Source: a virus (Duplodnaviria; Heunggongvirae; Uroviricota; Caudoviricetes). Taken from it: a DNA stretch of 40,233 nucleotides. The first letter of the stretch is position 1. Each line of letters starts with the position of its first letter. Below are positions 34,305 to 40,233 of this stretch, in pieces. Where the stretch lies: positions 1 to 40,233 of IMG/VR virus record IMGVR_UViG_2802429237_000003; one strand, 5' to 3'. The position numbers and the translations under genes were made by a program. The notes beneath the pieces were generated by a model that saw only the letters and a program-made list of their open reading frames with translations, ran no database searches and was not told the origin of the DNA.

Positions 34305-34849
34305 AAACGGGGGCCGAAGCCATCCGGGCGCTGGCCATGCAGATCCCGGCGTTTCGTCAGAAGCTGAGCGACGGCTGGTATCAGGTACGCATTGCCGGGC
34401 GGGATACAGGCGAAAACGAATTATCTGCCCGTCTTAATGAGCCGCTGGCAAATGGTGCAGTGATCCACATCGTGCCGCGTCTTGCGGGAGCAAAAAGTGG
34501 CGGTGTGTTTCAGGCAGTGCTGGGGGCTGCGCTGATTGCGGTGGCATGGTGGAACCCTGTGGGCTGGCTGGGTGCCGCGGCTGTATCGGGTATGTATGCG
34601 GCAGGAGCCAGTATGATTCTGGGCGGTGTGGCACAGATGCTGGCACCGAAAGCCAGAACTCCCCGTACACAGACAACGGATAACGGCAAACAGAACACCT
34701 ATTTTTCTTCACTGGATAATATGGTTGCCCAGGGTAATGCTCTGCCTGTTCTGTACGGGGAAATGCGCGTGGGGTCGCGGGTGGTTTCTCAGGAGATCAG
34801 CACGGCAGATGAAGGTGATGGTGGTCAGGTTGTGGTGATTGGTCGCTGA
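34202..34849 (+). CDS. tail assembly protein I (lambda gpI-like; start uncertain, may be 34241)
   Basis: C-terminal APKARTPRTQTTDNGKQNTYFSSLDNMVAQGN...GEMRVGSRVVSQEISTADEGDGGQVVVIGR closely resembles lambda gpI as I recall it; overlaps K. Confidence 0.8.
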   Translation: MAATHTLPLASPGMARICLYGDLQRFGRRIDLRVKTGAEAIRALAMQIPAFRQKLSDGWYQVRIAGRDTGENELSARLNEPLANGAVIHIVPRLAGAKSGGVFQAVLGAALIAVAWWNPVGWLGAAAVSGMYAAGASMILGGVAQMLAPKARTPRTQTTDNGKQNTYFSSLDNMVAQGNALPVLYGEMRVGSRVVSQEISTADEGDGGQVVVIGR

Positions 34850-34908
34850 TGAAAAACGTTTTATGTGAAACCGCCTGCGGGCGGTTTTGTCGTTATGGAG
34901 CGTGAGAA

Positions 34909-37900
34909 ATGGGTAAAGGCAGCAGTAAGGGGCATACCCCGCGCGAAGCGAAGGACAACCTGAAGTCCACGCAGTTGCTGAGTGTGATTGATGCCATCAG
35001 TGAAGGACCGATTGAAGGTCCGGTGGATGGATTAAAAAGCGTGCTGCTGAACAGTACACCGGTGCTGGACAGTGAGGGGAATACCAACATCTCCGGCGTC
35101 ACGGTGGTGTTCCGGGCAGGTGAGCAGGAGCAGACACCGCCGGAGGGATTTGAATCCTCCGGCTCCGAGACGGTGCTGGGTACGGAAGTGAAATATGACA
35201 CGCCGATCACCCGCACCATCACGTCGGCAAACATCGACCGTCTGCGCTTTACCTTCGGTGTGCAGGCACTGGTGGAAACCACCTCAAAGGGGGACCGGAA
35301 TCCGTCGGAAGTCCGCCTGCTGGTTCAGATACAGCGTAATGGTGGCTGGGTGACGGAAAAAGACATCACCATTAAGGGCAAAACCACCTCGCAGTATCTG
35401 GCCTCGGTGGTGGTGGATAACCTGCCGCCGCGCCCGTTTAATATCCGGATGCGCAGGATGACGCCGGACAGCACCACAGACCAGCTGCAGAACAAAACGC
35501 TCTGGTCGTCATACACCGAAATCATCGATGTGAAACAGTGCTACCCGAACACGGCACTGGTCGGCGTACAGGTGGATTCGGAGCAGTTCGGCAGCCAGCA
35601 GGTGAGCCGTAATTATCATCTTCGCGGGCGTATTCTGCAGGTGCCGTCGAACTATAACCCGCAGACGCGGCAATACAGCGGTATCTGGGACGGAACGCTT
35701 AAACCGGCATACAGCAACAACATGGCCTGGTGTCTGTGGGATATGCTGACCCATCCGCGCTACGGCATGGGGAAACGTCTTGGTGCGGCGGATGTGGATA
35801 AATGGGCGCTGTATGTCATCGGCCAGTACTGCGACCAGTCAGTGCCGGATGGCTTTGGCGGCACGGAGCCGCGCATCACCTGTAATGCGTACCTGACCAC
35901 ACAGCGCAAGGCGTGGGATGTGCTCAGTGATTTCTGCTCGGCGATGCGCTGTATGCCGGTATGGAACGGGCAGACGCTGACGTTCGTGCAGGACCGACCA
36001 TCAGATAAGGTGTGGACCTATAACCGCAGTAATGTGGTGATGCCGGATGATGGCGCGCCGTTCCGCTACAGCTTCAGCGCCCTGAAGGACCGCCATAATG
36101 CCGTTGAGGTGAACTGGATTGACCCGAACAACGGCTGGGAGACGGCGACAGAGCTTGTTGAAGATACGCAGGCCATTGCCCGTTACGGTCGTAACGTCAC
36201 GAAGATGGATGCCTTTGGCTGTACCAGCCGGGGGCAGGCGCACCGCGCCGGGCTGTGGCTGATTAAAACGGAACTGCTGGAAACGCAGACCGTGGACTTC
36301 AGCGTGGGTGCAGAAGGGCTTCGCCATGTACCGGGCGATGTCATTGAAATCTGTGATGATGACTATGCCGGTATCAGCACCGGTGGGCGCGTGCTGGCGG
36401 TGAACAGCCAGACCCGGACGCTGACGCTCGACCGTGAAATCACGCTGCCATCTTCCGGTACCACGCTGATAAGCCTGGTTGACGGGCAGGGGAGTCCGGT
36501 CAGCGTGGAGGTTCAGTCCGTCACCGACGGCGTGAAGGTAAAAGTGAGCCGTGTTCCTGACGGCGTTGCTGAATACAGCGTGTGGGGGCTGAAGCTGCCG
36601 ACGTTGCGCCAGCGCCTGTTCCGCTGCGTGAGTATCCGTGAGAACGACGACGGCACGTATGCCATTACCGCCGTGCAGCATGTACCCGAAAAAGAAGCCA
36701 TCGTGGATAACGGGGCGCACTTTGACGGCGACTTGAGCGGCACGGTGAATGGCGTCACGCCGCCCGCGGTGCAGCACCTGACTGTCGAAGTCACCGCAGA
36801 CAGCGGGGAATATCAGGTGCTGGCGCGCTGGGACACGCCGAAGGTGGTGAAGGGGGTGAGCTTCCTGCTTCGCCTGACCGTGGCAGCGGACGATGGCAGT
36901 GAGCGGCTGGTCAGTACGGCAAGGACGACGGAAACCACATACCGCTTCACGCAACTGGCGCTGGGGAACTACAGGCTGACTGTCCGGGCGGTAAATGCGT
37001 GGGGACAGCAGGGCGATCCGGCATCGGTATCGTTCCGGATTGCCGCACCGGCAGCGCCGTCTCGGATTGAGCTGACACCGGGCTATTTTCAGATAACCGC
37101 CACGCCGCATCTTGCGGTTTATGATCCGACGGTACAATTTGAGTTCTGGTTCTCGGAAACGCGGATTACCGATATCAGGCAGGTTGAAACCACAGCCCGC
37201 TACCTTGGCACGGGGCTGTACTGGATAGCCGCCAGTATCAATATCAAACCGGGCCATGATTATTACTTTTATATCCGCAGTGTGAACACCGTTGGCAAAT
37301 CGGCATTCGTGGAGTCCGTCGGTCGGGCGAGCGATGATGCGGAAGGTTACCTGGATTTTTTCAAAGGCAAGATAACCGAATCCCATCTCGGTAAAGAGCT
37401 GCTGGAAAAAGTCGATCTGACGGAGGATAACGCCAGCAGACTGGATGAGTTTTCGAAAGAGTGGAAGGATGCCAACGATAAATGGAATGCCATGTGGGCT
37501 GTCAAAATTGAGCAGACCAAAGACGGCAAACATTATGTCGCGGGTATTGGCCTCAGTATGGAGGACACGGAGGAAGGCAAACTGAGCCAGTTTCTGGTTG
37601 CCGCTAACCGTATCGCGTTTATTGACCCGGCAAACGGGAATGAAACGCCGATGTTTGTGGCGCAGGGCAACCAGATATTCATGAACGACGTGTTCCTGAA
37701 ACGCCTGACGGCACCCACCATTACCAGCGGTGGCAGTCCTCCGGTATTTTCCCTGACATCAGACGGAAAGCTGACCGCTAAAAATGCGGATATCAGTGGC
37801 AGTGTGAATGCGAACTCAGGGACGCTCAACAACGTCACGATTAATGAGAACTGTCGGGTTCTGGGAAAACTGTCCGCGAACCAGATTGAAGGCGATCTCG

Positions 37901-38304
37901 TTAAAACAGTGGGCAAAGCTTTCCCCCGGGACTCCCGTGCACCGGAGCGGTGGCCATCAGGAACCATTACCGTCAGGGTTTATGACGATCAGCCGTTTGA
38001 CCGGCAGATTGTTATTCCGGCGGTGGCATTCAGTGGCGCTAAACATGAGAAAGAGCATACTGATATTTACTCCTCATGCCGTCTGATCGTACGGAAAAAC
38101 GGCGCTGAAATTTATAACCGTACCGCGCTGGATAATACGCTGATTTACAGTGGTGTTATTGATATGCCGGCTGGTCACGGTCACATGACGCTGGAGTTTT
38201 CGGTGTCAGCGTGGCTGGTAAATAACTGGTATCCCACAGCAAGTATCAGCGATTTGCTGGTTGTGGTGATGAAGAAAGCCACTGCAGGCATCATGATTAG
38301 CTGA
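34909..38304 (+). CDS. host specificity protein J / central tail fibre (1131 aa)
   Basis: N-terminus [52 protein letters not shown] and size match lambda J as I recall it; SD GGAGCGTGAG. Confidence 0.9.
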   Translation: MGKGSSKGHTPREAKDNLKSTQLLSVIDAISEGPIEGPVDGLKSVLLNSTPVLDSEGNTNISGVTVVFRAGEQEQTPPEGFESSGSETVLGTEVKYDTPITRTITSANIDRLRFTFGVQALVETTSKGDRNPSEVRLLVQIQRNGGWVTEKDITIKGKTTSQYLASVVVDNLPPRPFNIRMRRMTPDSTTDQLQNKTLWSSYTEIIDVKQCYPNTALVGVQVDSEQFGSQQVSRNYHLRGRILQVPSNYNPQTRQYSGIWDGTLKPAYSNNMAWCLWDMLTHPRYGMGKRLGAADVDKWALYVIGQYCDQSVPDGFGGTEPRITCNAYLTTQRKAWDVLSDFCSAMRCMPVWNGQTLTFVQDRPSDKVWTYNRSNVVMPDDGAPFRYSFSALKDRHNAVEVNWIDPNNGWETATELVEDTQAIARYGRNVTKMDAFGCTSRGQAHRAGLWLIKTELLETQTVDFSVGAEGLRHVPGDVIEICDDDYAGISTGGRVLAVNSQTRTLTLDREITLPSSGTTLISLVDGQGSPVSVEVQSVTDGVKVKVSRVPDGVAEYSVWGLKLPTLRQRLFRCVSIRENDDGTYAITAVQHVPEKEAIVDNGAHFDGDLSGTVNGVTPPAVQHLTVEVTADSGEYQVLARWDTPKVVKGVSFLLRLTVAADDGSERLVSTARTTETTYRFTQLALGNYRLTVRAVNAWGQQGDPASVSFRIAAPAAPSRIELTPGYFQITATPHLAVYDPTVQFEFWFSETRITDIRQVETTARYLGTGLYWIAASINIKPGHDYYFYIRSVNTVGKSAFVESVGRASDDAEGYLDFFKGKITESHLGKELLEKVDLTEDNASRLDEFSKEWKDANDKWNAMWAVKIEQTKDGKHYVAGIGLSMEDTEEGKLSQFLVAANRIAFIDPANGNETPMFVAQGNQIFMNDVFLKRLTAPTITSGGSPPVFSLTSDGKLTAKNADISGSVNANSGTLNNVTINENCRVLGKLSANQIEGDLVKTVGKAFPRDSRAPERWPSGTITVRVYDDQPFDRQIVIPAVAFSGAKHEKEHTDIYSSCRLIVRKNGAEIYNRTALDNTLIYSGVIDMPAGHGHMTLEFSVSAWLVNNWYPTASISDLLVVVMKKATAGIMIS

Positions 38305-38326
38305 ATTTTATAACCCAGATACGGGC

Positions 38327-38350
38327 GCCAGAAATGGCGCCTTTTTTATT
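38327..38350 (+). terminator. terminator-like hairpin after J
   Basis: GGGCGCC(AGAAAT)GGCGCC followed by TTTTTT. Confidence 0.55.
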
Positions 38351-38371
38351 GCAGAAAAGCGAGAGGTAATT

Positions 38372-38971
38372 ATGCGTAAATTATGTGCTGTTATTTTGTC
38401 CGCAGTAGTCTGGCAGGTCGCCGCTGCTACGCCAGCGAGTGCAGCAGAACATCAGTCCACGCTGAGCGCGGGGTATCTCCATGCCTCAACGAACGCTCCC
38501 GGCAGCGATAATCTGAACGGGATTAACGTGAAATACCGTTATGAGTTTACGGACATGCTGGGTGTTGTGACGTCATTCAGTTATGCCAATGCCAAAGATG
38601 AGCAAAAAACGCATTACAGCGATACCCGCTGGCATGAGGATTCCGTGCGTAACCGCGGGTTCAGTGTGATGGCGGGGCCGTCTGTTCGCGTGAATGAATG
38701 GTTCAGCGCGTATGCGATGGCGGGTATGGCTTACAGCCGTGTGTCGACTTTCTCCGGGGATTATCTGCAGGTGACCGACAATACGGGGAAAAAGCATGAT
38801 GTGCTGACCGGAAGTGATGACGGTCGCCACAGCAACACGTCTCTGGCGTGGGGGGCTGGCGTGCAGTTTAACCCGACCGAATCCGTGGCCATTGATATTG
38901 CTTATGAAGGCTCCGGCAGTGGTGACTGGCGCACTGACGGTTTCATCGTGGGTGTCGGTTATAAATTCTGA
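38372..38971 (+). CDS. lom: Lom outer-membrane protein (Ail/Lom/PagC family; 199 aa)
   Basis: Signal peptide; C-terminus DIAYEGSGSGDWRTDGFIVGVGYKF and internal GINVKYRYE..VMAGP..AYAMAG match lambda Lom as I recall it. Confidence 0.9.
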   Translation: MRKLCAVILSAVVWQVAAATPASAAEHQSTLSAGYLHASTNAPGSDNLNGINVKYRYEFTDMLGVVTSFSYANAKDEQKTHYSDTRWHEDSVRNRGFSVMAGPSVRVNEWFSAYAMAGMAYSRVSTFSGDYLQVTDNTGKKHDVLTGSDDGRHSNTSLAWGAGVQFNPTESVAIDIAYEGSGSGDWRTDGFIVGVGYKF

Positions 38972-39033
38972 TTAGCCAGGGAATATCGCGTTATGACAGC
39001 CCGCAGTTTTGCGGGCCTTTTGGTGGAGGACAT

Positions 39034-40233
39034 ATGTCTGTTCTGATTTCCGGTGTGCTGAAGGATGGCACAGGAAAACCTGTTCAGGGGTGTACGATCG
39101 TTCTGAAGGCAAAAAGAACGACCGATACCGTGATAGTGAATACCCTTGCCTCAGAAAATCCGGATGAAGCCGGGCGTTACAGCATGAATGTTGAGCCGGG
39201 GCGGTATGCCGTTTCGCTTTTTATTGAGGGGTATCCACCGTCATATGCCGGTGACATTACTGTGTATGCGGATTCGCCGCCGGGCACGCTGAATTATTTC
39301 CTGGGAACGGTAAGTGAAGATGATTTGCGGCCAGATGTGCTTAAGCGTTTTGAAGAAATAGCGTCTGAAATTAATCGTCTGGCGGAAGAAGTAAGAAAAA
39401 AACAGCAACAGGTCAGTGCTGATACTGAAAAAGTAAGCAATGCAGCCAGTAAAGTACAGCAGGCTGAGAGAAGCGCTTCAGAGCATGCGGAGTCCGCCAG
39501 AAACAGTGCCATATCTTCTGCGACCAGTGAAAGGGATGCGGCATTGCATGCGAAGAATGCACAAAAATCTGCGCAAGACGCGGAAAGGAATGCGCAGCAA
39601 ACCGGGCAACATCTGCAGGCTGCTAAAACTGCAAGCGAAGAGGCAAAGGAATATGCACGACAGGCCGGGGCATCAAAAGATACAGCCGGGGAGCATGCAG
39701 AGAAAGCAAAAAAATATGCAGAAGAAATCAAGTCTCAGGGCGAAAAAGCCAATATATCGGCCGATAAAAAAAACATACTGGTGCGACTGGGCGATGGTCT
39801 GTTTGTGAATGGCGCCCACCCACTGATCCCCAAGATGGGGGTGCACAATTATACAACCACACTGAATAATTTCCGGAGTCTGCCAGACGGAACCCGCGTA
39901 TATTCACTTTCTGTTGGCGTCAGCAATCCGTTGAATACGGGCGTAATTGGCGGATATGGTATAGCGATTGCTCCCATAATTACCCCTGGTTATCTTTATC
40001 TTGATGAGCAAAAGAAATGCATACCGGCGCAGTATCTGATGGACTCGGTTACAGCCACAGCCAGTGAAATAAAAATAGCGCTGAAGGTTGTGCTGACAGG
40101 AAAACCACAGTATGCAGTAGATGTGTCGGATCTGGAAACACGGGAGGAGGGGGATAGCAGCGGCAATATTGGTTGCAAACTTTCCATCCGCATACTGGTC
40201 GGAACAACATTACGACAAAACGGAATAAGCTGA
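39034..40233 (+). CDS. side tail fibre protein: lambda Stf-like N-terminal domain, Ala/Lys/Glu-rich coiled coil, divergent C-terminal domain (399 aa)
   Basis: N-terminus MSVLISGVLKDGTGKPVQGCTIVLKAKRT...NPDEAGRYSM..VYADSPPGTLN resembles lambda Stf as I recall it; stop codon is the last three bases of the window. Confidence 0.75.
   Translation: MSVLISGVLKDGTGKPVQGCTIVLKAKRTTDTVIVNTLASENPDEAGRYSMNVEPGRYAVSLFIEGYPPSYAGDITVYADSPPGTLNYFLGTVSEDDLRPDVLKRFEEIASEINRLAEEVRKKQQQVSADTEKVSNAASKVQQAERSASEHAESARNSAISSATSERDAALHAKNAQKSAQDAERNAQQTGQHLQAAKTASEEAKEYARQAGASKDTAGEHAEKAKKYAEEIKSQGEKANISADKKNILVRLGDGLFVNGAHPLIPKMGVHNYTTTLNNFRSLPDGTRVYSLSVGVSNPLNTGVIGGYGIAIAPIITPGYLYLDEQKKCIPAQYLMDSVTATASEIKIALKVVLTGKPQYAVDVSDLETREEGDSSGNIGCKLSIRILVGTTLRQNGIS

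Noticed and set aside
36001-37533. 510-aa ORF on the minus strand
   Set aside because: Lies entirely antisense within the J host-specificity gene; Arg/Pro/Gly-rich low-complexity translation typical of a shadow ORF in GC-rich coding sequence.

Overview
This 40.2-kb window reads as one near-complete lambdoid prophage of an Escherichia/Shigella-type enterobacterium, in integrated orientation. All calls are from reading the sequence and ORF track by eye and from recalled family signatures; no database search was run. Left to right: tyrosine integrase and excisionase; a leftward early operon (large DEDDh-type exonuclease and homologues of ydfD, dicB, dicF sRNA, ydfC, ydfB, ydfA); a LexA-like CI repressor with divergent Cro-like, YdaT-like and O-like replication genes carrying iteron repeats; a nin-like region (DUF551, DUF968, RusA, Q-like antiterminator); a late promoter and terminator; a DNA methyltransferase; a noncoding island with tRNA-Thr(UGU) and tRNA-Gly(UCC); a lysis cassette (two holin-like proteins, GH108 endolysin); an HNH, terminase, portal, protease, HK97-type capsid head module; and a lambda-like tail module (G/GT with a -1 frameshift site, tape measure, M, L, K, I, J, lom, side tail fibre). 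Several AT-rich, apparently self-contained cassettes sit in this backbone and match no family I recognise. The best candidates for an undescribed accessory (possibly exclusion or anti-phage) function are the two-gene cassette at 11.7-12.5 kb, the convergent Zn-ribbon gene at 4.8-5.2 kb, and the membrane/Zn-ribbon moron at 28.9-29.3 kb between the tail chaperone and tape-measure genes. No CRISPR array, Cas genes or Shiga-toxin-like cargo are visible.
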